DNA of 63,452 nt, the filler included, from Reticulomyxa filosa (lineage: Eukaryota; Protista; Foraminifera), in assembly GCA_000512085.1 (NCBI GenBank). It is 20 parts of 20 records of this genome, joined end to end, with 100 filler letters (N's around TTAATTAATTAA, not from the genome) between each part and the next. Parts side by side here need not be neighbours in the genome. Positions count along the whole stretch, not along the records: positions 1 to 6,015 come from ASPP01005459.1; positions 6,116 to 11,602 come from ASPP01000059.1; positions 11,703 to 13,439 come from ASPP01001105.1; 17 more parts are not named here. One strand, given 5' to 3'. Position 1 is the stretch's first letter. Each line of letters opens with the position of its first letter. Positions 1-11,895 of the stretch are shown one piece after another. Below the pieces are notes generated by a model that saw only the letters and a list, made by a program, of their open reading frames with translations, was not told the origin of the DNA and ran no database searches. A program made the translations under genes and the position numbers.

Positions 1-37
<37 letters not shown>

Positions 38-39
38 GA

Positions 40-546
40 GTGGTGTTGAACACGAGCTGCCATGAAAAATATGCAAATGAACCAGAGTCCATGTGGAAAT
101 GCATATTTGGGCAATTCCGATTGCCATCGATAAATGCAAAGGAACACGCGTACGTGTTGAACGCCGCGCAGTACGACGCGTGGCAACTGTCTTGGAATGA
201 AAACAGTGACGAAGCATGGAACTATACGCAGGCGCAATTGAACTATAGTGAAACACCCTTTCGCTCGCAAATGCGACAGTCATTGCTGTTTGATATCCCG
301 CAAACTTCCACTCGCAATATCTTTGGCAGTCCATGTTTCCATCATTGTACCAGCGAAGAACCCTACTTTTGGAATTTGACTATTGTCCTCAATAGCACAC
401 TCTCCACTTCTCTTTTCAATGTCTCTTTTGCACAAACTTTGAGAAATGTACTCTTGCAAGACACTGCATCCAATATGTGGCTGGGAAATTGCACTTCGGG
501 AATCAATTGTGGTTTGGGGTGTAACTCCATTTATAGTCCTTTTTAA
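40..546 (+). CDS. Pectinacetylesterase/Notum-family hydrolase, last exon (5'-partial)
   Basis: C-terminal PAE/Notum motifs 'WKCIFGQ...VLNAAQYDAWQL' and 'FGSPCFHHC' (catalytic Asp and His region). Preceded by intron-like poly-T/poly-A sequence; ends in TAA. Confidence 0.75.
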   Translation: MVLNTSCHEKYANEPESMWKCIFGQFRLPSINAKEHAYVLNAAQYDAWQLSWNENSDEAWNYTQAQLNYSETPFRSQMRQSLLFDIPQTSTRNIFGSPCFHHCTSEEPYFWNLTIVLNSTLSTSLFNVSFAQTLRNVLLQDTASNMWLGNCTSGINCGLGCNSIYSPF

Positions 547-789
547 ACTTTTTTCTTTTTTTTTGGACAATGAAAGTGGCAGAAATTTGGTGTAAAATAA
601 ACGTCTATCTTCTTTTGAAAATGTCAATAAAGAACATTTTAACTAAACAAAAAAAAACAACAACTAACTACAAAGATAAAATAAGTTGCAAATTATATAT
701 ATTTTGAAAGCAGATTGTTACATGTTAATTATTATTTAAATTACAATCGATAAAAAAAAAAGATCTCCCAAAAATGAACACTATACATA

Positions 790-1100
790 TAATCAGATCT
801 CACTTCAATTTCTTTTCTTTAATATTGACAACATATTTCATAGTCAAATAGTATTGCAATCAAAAGCGGAAACAACTTCTTAACATCAGATGAAAAGCAT
901 ATCTAATTTACATCGTCGAAATGTCCTTCCAATTTTTTCATTTTTCTTCGGACTTACATTACAGATTCAGATTGTGCAATTTCCTGAACATGACAAAATT
1001 GTTTTATCATGTAACAAAAATTGAACGATTAGAAAGAAAGCTAAATTTAATTTGCACTTTTAAAATAGCGTTATGTTTCATTTCTTTGATATATCTTTTA
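790..1100 (-). pseudogene. Degraded WD40-repeat gene
   Basis: Minus strand reads KTILSCSGNCTI*ICNV / MKKLEGHFDDVN*ICFSSD / EVVSAFDCNTI*L*N, i.e. WD40 repeats with stops and frameshifts. Confidence 0.7.
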
Positions 1101-2485
1101 ATCAATAAACATACAATCAAATGCAAATGTATTATTATCTTCATCATACAAAATCGATAATACTATCAATTTCTCAAATAACAGCTTTACACTTGCAGTT
1201 AGCTTATTGATGTTAGAATTTTCACATAGTATGTACGATATCAAAAATATTGCAGCATATTCTTATTTAACTTAAAGTTGTAGATGTTGTCATTGTATTA
1301 TATCATCTGAGCAAATAACAACACAGTCTTGAATATGTAGAGGAAAATATTGTTATTACTAGTTGATCAAGCTTAACTATTGGCAATATCAAGTAAATTC
1401 CACTAATTAGTGCAAACACATTTACTTTAAACAGTTTAAGATTCGAAAAAGATAATATAGAAAATATGAGAATTTTACATTTTGACGATAAGCGGACATC
1501 CTTTTTCTTTTAAAAAAAAATAGAAAAATAGAAATGTAAAGTTCTATAATAAATTAAGAATATTAATTTGCTGGAAGTAAAAAATCTTAATTATTCTTTA
1601 TGTAAAATGTGATTTCAATTGATATTTATTTAGAAAGTGTAATTTTTGCAATTATTTACATATATTAAATAAATCGTACTTTATTTACACTTTTTAAAAA
1701 TTTTATAATTTTTTTTTTGCATGTGACTTGTCTTTTTTATAGAAAACAATTTTCCGGTATGTAATTAAAGTATTTTGTTCAATTGAAGACTATGTGACAA
1801 TTTATGTATTTTACTGTCGTATTCAGTAACGATGCATGTTTTGAATATTTTCAATTTTAAACAAAAATAACAAAAACATAAACAAGTACTAAATGAATAA
1901 AAAAGAGAAATAAATTCGTTGTGCAAAACAGCTAATGTTGGAAAAAGGTATCTGCGTATGATATATGGCCAAACAATGCTAATTTGAAGGTAACAAACAA
2001 ACAAACAAATATATTGCTTCTACCACACGTATTGACGTCAAAAAAATGTAGTATGAAAAGAAGATATTCACTCGAAAGATAGCATAATGTATGAAATTGT
2101 ATTTTAAGAATCGTCGCTTGATTTCATCTTTATTGTAGATAAATGCATTTGGTAATGATAAATGTAAGTAAAGACTTTTTTAACAAGCAGATGTGTTGAA
2201 CTGTACTCAATCCTTGATAGCATATAGCAATGTATCACTTGTTCAAAAAGGAAAAGACTGCAAAAACGGTAAGAGCAATACGAACCAAGTATCATGCAAA
2301 CATTCAAACTTATTGCTTTCTTAAAACTTTATCATAATCTTTTCAAACTTACGAACTTTGTGTGTTTTTTAAGGAAAGATATTGAACAACTGAAAAAGTT
2401 TGGACAGCGAACCTTTTTATTCAAAAAAAATATCTATAATAGTTTTTATTTTAAAAGTATTAAAGCAGGCCAAAACAGTAAAACA

Positions 2486-4577
2486 ATGCCCTGGAACTTC
2501 TTTATCATGATTGACGGAAGAATATATCGAGTAAAGTTGCAAACATTGACAATTGAAAGTTTAAGACAGCAAATTATTGAAGTAACGAAAGAAGACCAAC
2601 AAAATAATGAGTTGATCAGAGTTTGTGATCGTAATGAGAGCGATATTACGACAGACGAGCATCTTAAAATAGTAGCTAAAGAACAAATCGCTTTAACTGC
2701 CTATTTCCAGCCAAGTTTCACTCTACTTTATTTTTTTTCGAATGAAAAGTGCTTGTATTTTTCAAATAACAAAAAAAACATGGACAGGATTTCCATTAAG
2801 CGAAAGGTCTCTGAAAACAGGACCTTTATCTTATGCAGTTAAATCTCCGCTAGTGTTGTTAACAGGAGCAATAAAATACGAGAAGCGACCGTATTTAGAA
2901 CGTGCAAAGCAAGATCTGCATTTATTGCAAGAGCTCTTTGAACAAAGATTTGGTTATGAAGTATTGAACACGTTTCATCCTCAACGTCCAAACACAGAAT
3001 TATTGACTTTGAAAGGTTTGAACAAATTCCTTTTGAAACATTGTTGGAAGCTGACAGACATTCCCATTTCGACATTTTATGATGGATTGATTTTGGTGTG
3101 GTGTGGACATGGCTATGGTGATGGCGCAAATGATAGAGATAGTATTCTGATCACAAGTGATGAAAAGGAAAAAAATTTCAAGGATATCCAAGATGAGTTT
3201 GTAATAAAAACAAGCTATTTTGTGGGGAAGCCCAAGATTTTTATGCATATTACATATCGGGAAGAAGAAGAAGAAAAAAAAAATCAAAGTAACATACGAT
3301 ACAATCACAATGCCGATATATTCACTATCTTTGCAAATGCATCTGCAAACGTAATTGTTAACAAACCAGAGAATGAAATTGACAAAAAAGGAATTCATTT
3401 CACACAGATATTTTGTCAAATGGTTGAAAATATTATTGACAAAAATTTCGATTTCATTGCCGAGCAAGTAACAAAGCTTGTCTCTGGTCAGATTGTAGCG
3501 AAAGAAGAAGTCCAAACGGATTCGAACGTTCATTCCAATCTTTATTTAATCCCGAGGCCAGAAGATAGGCGAGTTAACAATAGCGATAACAACGATAGCA
3601 ATGACAACGATACACTTCCCGATTTCAGAAAGCATTGGAACAAGGATTGGAAAAAAGCAAATGCGGAAGCAGCAAAATTGGTTGAGAAAATGAAATCTAA
3701 TGAACAAGGAGTGATTGTGGTAGCTAAGCATACATCTCAATGGCAGGATACAAGGAACCCATCTTCATTTATTTCATTAGTTTACAAAAATAAAGCTGAC
3801 AAACAACAATTTGGAGAATACTGGATGTATGTGATTAAAGGAAATGTGGTGCTTTTGGACAATGTAGATATTGATGGAAATTTGTATGCAATTGGCTGTG
3901 AAATTCAATGTAGAGGAAATGTAAATATTACAATGGAGTTATTTGTTACAACAAATACCATTATCGATGAAAAACTGAAGAGAAGTATTTTGCCTGTTCA
4001 ATGGAAAACTCATTTGCATCACGACGTTCCGGTACAACTTCAAGATCTTAAAGACAATGCAAGAAAGTGTTTTGGAAATTCAAGTTACGAAGAAGCTATT
4101 AAACATTTTCTACTGGCTCTGGAATTATCGATAGAGAATTTTGAATTTGATCATCCTCATATAGCAGATGCATATAATAATTTAGGACTTGGCTATGCTA
4201 GAAGAGGAAAGTATGATAAGGCACTTGAGTGCCATGAAAAGTCATTACGAATTAGTTTGGATATTTTTGGAACCAATCATAATGACGTTGCAGATTCATA
4301 CTACAGTTTAGGAAATATCTATGATAGTAAACAACAATATGACAAAGCAATCGAATATTATGGAAAATCATTAAAGATATTGAAAAGTTTTGGAAATTCA
4401 AATCGATTAGTTGGCGATTTATGTTGGAATCTTGGATTGACCTTTGAAAAAATGTTAGAGAACAAGACAGCACATGAATATTATGAAGAGTCATGGAAAT
4501 CCTATAGTATTCTTTTAGGAGATTGGAATGAAGAAACATTGGCATCAAAAAGAAAGACAAAACTTTTGAGTAGTTGA
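2486..4577 (+). CDS. Ubl/PB1-like + caspase-fold (C14, catalytic Cys replaced) + TPR protein, ~672 aa, 2 exons (2486-2714, 2788-4577)
   Basis: Intron 2715-2787 (GTTTCA...CAG) joins the two ORFs in frame. Caspase-fold motifs: 'LVLLTGAIKY...DLHLLQELFEQRFGYEV', 'YDGLILVWCGHG', 'FVGKPKIFMHITYR'. C-terminal 42-aa TPRs: 'HPHIADAYNNLGLGY', 'VADSYYSLGNIY'. Confidence 0.85.
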
Positions 4578-5279
4578 ATTGCTGCAATAAGATTTGTGAA
4601 AATCAATAAAATATGAAAGAGTGGATTTTCTGTTTTATCATTTGTATGGAGTTCTGCTTTGGTTTTTTCTTTGAATCAAGTCGAATTTGTTTTTTAGAAA
4701 TGTAATGGAAGTGAGTAACTTGTATGTAAATCAAGTATATGAGTTGAATATCCACTTGGCATTGGTTTTTTAAATAAATGCAGATGACGTAATTTTCTTG
4801 TCACTTGTTACAAACTCTTTTTTGGGCTCAGTTTTGTAGGTCATATTAAACATTATCAGTATTACGGGCAATTTTATTTCCTACGCTCATTCTAAATTCA
4901 TTTTCCAAAAAATGTCAACTCATTTAGTTATCATAAATAAATGTACTTGTGACATATCAGATATGAAAAAGTATTATCAACAAATTTAATAACAAATAGA
5001 CGAACAGACTTGAAGAACGTTACCTTTTCATCAAATTTACTGTGAATGTTGTCCAAACAAAGGCAACTTGACGTAAAAAAGGACTTCGAACAGAAAAAGT
5101 TTTACTATTTTAGTTCAACAAAAAAACATTTGGATGACGCAAAGCAAACTGGTATAAATCGAACGATACAATAATCAACAACAATAAAAAATACTACAGT
5201 TGGTACGCTTTCGTTTCATTTTATTATACGTTCGCAGTCGTACTCGGTTTTGTTGTTTGTGTATAAATGAAAAACAAGT

Positions 5280-5560
5280 ACAATTAATAATTCAAACTAG
5301 CCTCAAATATTAACATTAAATTAGCAGATCAATTATTTTGACAAGATTGTTGGACACGCTAAGGTAGTATTTTTCACTTTAGATAAATTTCTTATTATTA
5401 TGATATCAACTTTTAACAATATACTAAATATTTTAAACTAGTGAAAATTTAAGAAATTATGAATATAATAAGATGTGTAATATTTTAGTAGATGATTTTT
5501 CAATTCGAATATGGAATGTACAAGCAGGGAAAAATTGAAAATATTGAAAGAACACTTTCT
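5280..5560 (+). pseudogene. WD40-family gene remnant
   Basis: 'attcgaatatggaatgtacaagcaggg...aaaatattgaaagaacac' reads IRIWNVQAG..KILKEH. Upstream 'ttttgacaagattgtt' resembles the N-terminal FDKIV/FNKLI segment seen in the 32.2-kb paralog. Confidence 0.5.
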
Positions 5561-6015
5561 TAAAATGTTGAAATGTAACTTACAAAGCCAGCTGCGTTGA
5601 AGTGTATTTTTCATTAATAAGAGTAATCATTATTCTAATTTTTATTGAATTCTACTAATCTCGTTGGACGATTTAAGAGGAAAAAACTAGATATAAAAAG
5701 TATTTTTAAAAATTGAGCTTTGTTACTGGATATCAAAAACCTAATTTCATTCGGAAACTAATAATCAAATCCAAAAAAACTTAAAAAAATATTTAAAAGT
5801 TATCTTTAATGTCTTGTTAGCTGTGGCCACGTCCAGTTAGAGTGCGGTCCTTTGGTCGATGATGACTATTGAAAATGTTATCAATTGTTCTACTATGCTG
5901 TTATTTACTTTCTCAAAATATTTTTATACAATTACAACAGCAATCCAATGCAACATCTCCTCAATGCAATAATTACAGTAGGATAAAAAAGAAAGTTGAC
6001 ACATAAAATGCCACC

Positions 6016-6115
6016 NNNNNNNNNNNNNNNNNNNNNNNNNNNNNNNNNNNNNNNNNNNNTTAATTAATTAANNNNNNNNNNNNNNNNNNNNNNNNNNNNN
6101 NNNNNNNNNNNNNNN
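6016..6115. other. Artificial contig spacer (first of 19)
   Basis: Identical N44-TTAATTAATTAA-N44 blocks (stops in all six frames) start at 6016, 11603, 13440, 15182, 16351, 20823, 23320, 25310, 30965, 35948, 37480, 38689, 40830, 46095, 47373, 48603, 49928, 60964 and 62285. Confidence 0.99.
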
Positions 6116-7387
6116 CAAAAAAAATTTTATTATATCATATGAATAAATGTTTTTGAGAATATCAAACGTCAATGTTTTTATGAAGAAATACTAACTCCGA
6201 ATTGATTTTATGCTTTCGATTGCTTTGATATTCTGAAAACAAAAGAACAAATGTCAATCAGGTAAGAAGGAAAGAAGCTCTATTTGAATTTTGGTGTATA
6301 TATGTTCTTTGTATCATATGTCTAGTGGTTGTGATATGTCTTAATCAAAGCAATGTGAACATAGATCCTCCCGTTGTGAAGTGCTAAACTTTGGTTTGGA
6401 GTGAGATGAAGAGGAAAAAAAAAAGAAATGAAAGAGATGACGCATCAACATGAACCAATAGTCTTATGGACTATTTCAAGCAATACGAATGGGCAATATA
6501 AAATAGGAACAACTACAACGTATTGGTGCAAAGGGCGTGAACTTATGATCAGAAGCAAGGTGTGTCCACATCCACAGAGAAAAGGCAGATGAAGAGGATT
6601 GACACAATAGATCGCTAATAGTGTGTCGACACTCATTTCACCAGGACAATGGTACTGCTATTGATAATATGTATGGAAATGAACGCAAGTGACAATAGAA
6701 ATGTTATGTGTTGCGATCACACAACATTGAGAATTAAAGACACATCCAAAGTCAGTCAAACGAAACTTAATTCATTACAAGCAATCAACGTGCATAATTT
6801 GGTCAATTATCTGGCTGGTTAGATGTTGCTGTTTGTTGCCTTCACATGATTTGCGATTATGTTGTATGTAACCCTAAATGTTACATGTACATTAGGGGTA
6901 TCAGAAACACTTCAGAAACGCAAATTGGTAATACTTTCGTGTTGGTCTGGTGGAAGATATTACAATTGTTATACATTGTAATTCGATCGGTAATCCTCTT
7001 TTGCTTGCAAATACGTTCGCCGATACTTATATGATGTACTTCTCAGTGTAGTTAGTAGTGTTGTTTTTGGCCATCATCTTTTGGACCAAAATTGAAATTT
7101 TCTTTTTTTATGTGTATTCTTGAAATAAAATTCTTGCGCTTTCGTCATTTCATCAGCGTGGATATCTCAGAACAAATTGGAATGAAGAATGTACAAGATA
7201 TCAATCTTGATGTCTGGTACTTAGTACTAATAGGTTTATCTTGCTTAAAATTTTTGTTTTAAAAATGCAATTATTTGAAAGAGTTGCTCTTAACAAGTGC
7301 TGTTTCCACGCAAGTAAATCCTATCAAAAAAAAGCTTTCAATTGATGACTCCCTTTAACATTAAAACTTCGATCGTTACAATCAAAA

Positions 7388-8946
7388 TTGAAGAGGGATT
7401 CCTTATACAGGACGACTGCAAAAGTGCGTCCCCCTAAATCAAGTATTTTGCATGCCTCGTATGCTCAATACTGTTTATGGGGAGGCTTTTGCCTGCAGAC
7501 AGTAGTAGTATTTGTGCTCGTGTACCTTTTGGCAGTCTCAAATAATACACGGATGGCAACAAATGAAGTGATGGCAACTAAGACATCAAATGTACTTGGC
7601 CAAAATGGGCCCAAGAGACAATATGCAGACAATTTGGAGTCAAAAGTGCAATCAAGAGAAAGAGAGTGCAACAACGGTGTTTTTTCATTACAGCACTCGT
7701 ATGCAAATGACCCTACCGTGCATAATCCAAAAGAGCAACGAGTGGTGATATCATTAACAGTAGTTCCATTTGAAGTGGAAATGCTAAACGACACTATATT
7801 AAACCCACTGTTTTCGTATTACCATTCGCCAAAAGGCTACTGGTTCGACGCCATTCATTTGAACATACCGTATACGGCATTGAGAAACTTTGATGGTCCG
7901 GAAATATCAATCGATGATTATTTCAATGAAGAAGAGCAAAAAGAACAAGAAGAAGAAAAAGAAAATCGATTGCCAGAAGTGAATAAAAATAACGACGATG
8001 ATCAACCTCAAACTATGACGGAATATCCAGATACCAAAACGTTACAGCGGATGTTTCCTCAACGACTCATCATCATCAATAGGTTTTTTATGGATTATGG
8101 CCCAATGACAAGATACATTGGTCCTTTACAATTTGAACAAAATCCCAACACTTTGATCATCACCTTTGATATTGACAGTGCCATGGCGTTCAATCAGCCC
8201 AACCATTTGATATATCCAATTATGAGTGGAAACAATTTCGTCCATAAGGATTTGCGGATGTTGGTGTATGCATCCAAGTTACAAATACAAACAAATAAAA
8301 AGAAAAATGTAAATATATATATACATACATATATATTAATTTTTTTTTTTTTTTTTTGAGAAAAATAAGGGCTTTTACATAAATTCAAAGTTACAAAAAA
8401 AAAAAAAAAAACAACATATTTGCCAATCAAAATATAAGACATGTGGATGGTAATGCAGTATGGTGTGGAACTGGAGATGACTTTGGCTACTATGAACATA
8501 ATCAAACAGCAGTAATGGAGTGGCGACATGACAACAAACAAGTACTTGAACCAATCAAAGTGTACGAAAATAGTATCGAATTTGACTTTATTCATGACAG
8601 CAACGTTTTAGTGGAATGGAATGATATCGATATCTGTCGGGGTGTCAATGGCATGCTCGTCAAGCCAAAATTTTTTCAGGATTACTTTTGGAATGCGAGT
8701 GAATATTTTATTGGCTGTTGGTGGGATGACGACAATTTCAATTCTTTCAACTTTGAAAGGCAAGGAGTTGCACGAAAAGAATTTCGAGTCAAACGATCTC
8801 CTCATTCTTCACGTAAATTGCTTGGGAGTTTAACACAAGTCAATAACAAATTTAATTCGAATATCAACTGTAAAAAGGCCTGGATGGCTAAACATCCTAA
8901 TGTTTTTCCTCGCTCAAGGAGATACCTGGATACTTCTCCCAAATGA
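7388..8946 (+). CDS. Type II membrane GT-A-fold glycosyltransferase-like protein, 2 exons (intron 8278-8438); start uncertain
   Basis: N-terminal TM helix; 'VVISLTVVP', 'IHLNIPY', 'DYGPMTRYIGPL', DxD-like 'LIITFDID', later 'GVNGMLVKPKFF' and 'WDDD'. The intron GTTACA...AAG joins the ORFs in frame. An ATG at 7345 would be in frame if the C5 run near 7430 is a homopolymer error. Confidence 0.65.
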
Positions 8947-9386
8947 AGTTTATCACATGACTTTTTTTCCTTGTTAATTTTAAGAAAAAGACAACCAATC
9001 AATGCAATTTTTTTTCAAACTTTCTGATTTGTTGAGTAAATAAAATAATTGACAACCAATTTTTAATGTATACAAAAAGAATTCGTCGCAATAAATTTTA
9101 CTTGAATGATGTCATTTATTGTTATGTTCTTATTGTGTAATATTGTTTCATTACAAAGGCCGACTGATTTCATGCAAATAACGATAAAAAACAAAAACAC
9201 AAATAAGAAAATCCCACCCACTTATCGTCTTGTCTGACAATCACCAAGAAAAAAGAAATAAAGTACCAATTTTACAACAAAGACCGAAAGAACTTTCATT
9301 ATTGATAGACAAAAACTTCTTTGCACATAAGATTAACAACTAGAGGCATACTGCAAATTTGCAAAAAAAAAAAAGAGAAAAAAGGA

Positions 9387-11519
9387 TTAAAAGATTCTTG
9401 CTTTGTCTCTTTCATCCGCACGTTTAACTTCTGTGGACATATCCCAAATTTGATCTTCAGTAATTTCTTTTAGTTTCGAGAATTCTTCAAGGAGAATGCG
9501 TTGAACCACGTCACTTTCTTGAACATCGGTGTAAGGATGTTGTTGGTACATTTGAATGTTTTTGATGCGATCTGCCATTCGCTGTGACTTGCTAAAGTTG
9601 ACCATTTTGCGACCTCCCAAGTTTTCCACTTCTTTGGTGTTTTCATGTCCGTCATCAATAAATACTAAATCTTGCAAAAAGATTCCAATATGCGGAATGG
9701 AAGGGGCTGCCGCATTGCGGAACAATTGTCGCAAATTGCGATGATTAAAATCACGAGAAAATATTATTTTAAATTGTTCAAATTGTTGTTTTTGTTTTTC
9801 AGGTACTTTCTAAGAACAAAAAAAAAAAAAAAAAAAAAATAGAATAAATTAAAAAAGTTAAATAATAATAATAAAACATGAAATATTAACTTCCCATGCC
9901 AATTTTAATCTGTGAACAGCGGCTGAATTCAAAGCACTGAAAACAGCACACAAAGAATTGAAATTGCGGGCAAGACGAAAGTGTTCTCCCATTTTGATTA
10001 TACGTTTGACAGCTCGACCACGATCTTTCAAGCTCTTTTCACGTAAGATTTGGATTTGAACAAAAGTGGTAAGATTATTGAACTGCTGAATCATTTGCAA
10101 AATATGTGGGGAATTGACGCGATTCTCTTTTTTTTTCCACGCTTGTCCCATACACTCCCTGGGTTTGATGCGACTAAAAATGCGGAAATCCATCAAAGTG
10201 ATTTGATCGGCCAATTCATCGGGTGACAAGCTATGAAAATTGAACCTCTTTGGGATTTCCACGGACCAATAATCCTTTTCTTGAATGCGCGGTTTGCTTC
10301 CGTGCTTCTTGTAGCGTTTGTATTCGTTTTGCACGGCATCGGCAAGCAATCCATTCCAAGAAAACTGTTTCGAATCCATTTGCATTTGTTTGATCCAGCT
10401 TTCCAACACTTGAGCCACTTTTTCATCGTTGGCAAAGTCCTCTTCCCAATACAATTTCATCCAATTGCGCAAGTTTTTCACCACATTCAATTGGATTGGT
10501 TTCATCGTCTTCTCTTTGAAGTCTTCCAATTTTTTTTCATCCTCTCTGATTTCATTGGGAATCACCATGAAAAAGCGACGTTTCAATTCTTTGATTAATT
10601 TTCTAAATTAATTTCAATTTACAATTCCAAAAAAAAAAAAAAAAATAACGTATACATATATAAAAAAAAAAAAAAGAAAAAAACATAAACGTATAAATAT
10701 ATTGTTTAAAAAAAAAAAAAAATTAAAAAACTCAGCCGTTGAGAATTCTTTGTAACACATAATCAAAGTTTCCATGGTTTCATTATCTCTTTGTTGTTCA
10801 TGTGTGCAAAGCAAGACGATTTGCTGCAGAGTCATGTCATCACTTTCGTTGTCATCAGCATTGTTAGCATTGATGCTATTGCTGACGGGTCTTTCGACAA
10901 CGCTTAGGTTTCGAGCCGACGATTGGACCCCAGAGGCCAACATGGCACTGTCCATATGTACAGCAGCTTTGAGCCTGTTTTCGTGGCTGTCCAAAACTCG
11001 GATGGCGGTGCGAATGACCTCTTGATCGGGCTTTTCTTTGCAAACCAATCTCTGTCCCATGGCATCAGAATCAAAGCCCAAGAGCAGCAAGAAGTCGATG
11101 ACGCCCTCATATCCGAGCAGACGTTCTTCCACTTTGGGATTGGTTGTATCTAATGTACGGTACCTCTCGTCGTCTTTGAGCAACTTTTTCGCAACACTTC
11201 GCAGCGTGTTGAACACCTGTCTGGGACTTTCGTTGTAGCAGCTGATGTCGATCACAGCTCGTTCGAACGCGTCTTTATCGGCCTTTTTTTTCTTCATTCC
11301 GTCGACGCCATTGCCACCAGCAGCAGCAGCACCACCACCACTACCACTACCAACAGCACCACCACCAGCACCGGCCTTGTTTTGAGACAGTTGCATCATC
11401 ATGTTGTAATTCATTACGTGCTTGCTTACCACCCGCACTTCGCCGTTGTTATTGTGATTGTCATCTTCGAACAATGACTTTAGCGACCCCTTTCGTCCGT
11501 TTGACGAAGGCGACATCAT
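9387..11519 (-). CDS. Ras guanine-nucleotide exchange factor (REM + CDC25) with an N-terminal PUB domain; exons ~11519-10732, 10602-9891, 9809-9387
   Basis: CDC25 motifs 'ELADQITLMDFRIF', 'NFNSLCAVFSALNSAAVHRLKLAW', 'PSIPHIGIFLQDLVFIDDG', 'MVNFSK'. PUB signature 'DERYRTLDTTNPKVEERLLGYEGVIDFLLLLGF'. Both introns checked for frame; the true start may lie upstream. Confidence 0.9.
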
Positions 11520-11570
11520 CGATTTGCTTTGATTCGAATATGCACTAGCATTACTTGCTTGTGGTTGATG

Positions 11571-11602
<32 letters not shown>

Positions 11603-11754
11603 NNNNNNNNNNNNNNNNNNNNNNNNNNNNNNNNNNNNNNNNNNNNTTAATTAATTAANNNNNNNNNNNNNNNNNNNNNNNNNNNNNNNNNNNNNNNNNN
11701 NNAAATATCAATTAAAAATATCAACAATAAAGAAAATTAGCAAAAAAAAATAAT

Positions 11755-11895
11755 TTTAATATTTAAAAACTGCAAGTATTAGTAGATTTAATTTTTAAAA
11801 ATTAGGTTTAAATCTTATTTTTCATAGAGAAAATCGATTCTCTTCGTATATTGCCATTTAGGTATGTAGTTTTTTTGCAATCTATTGTAAAAGAT
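11755..11895 (-). repeat. Dispersed ~140-bp non-coding element, subtype B
   Basis: Reverse complement aligns with 16145-16295: tacctaaatggca-tata-gaagagaat-gattttctc-atgaaaaata-gatttaaacctaatttt. Confidence 0.8.
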
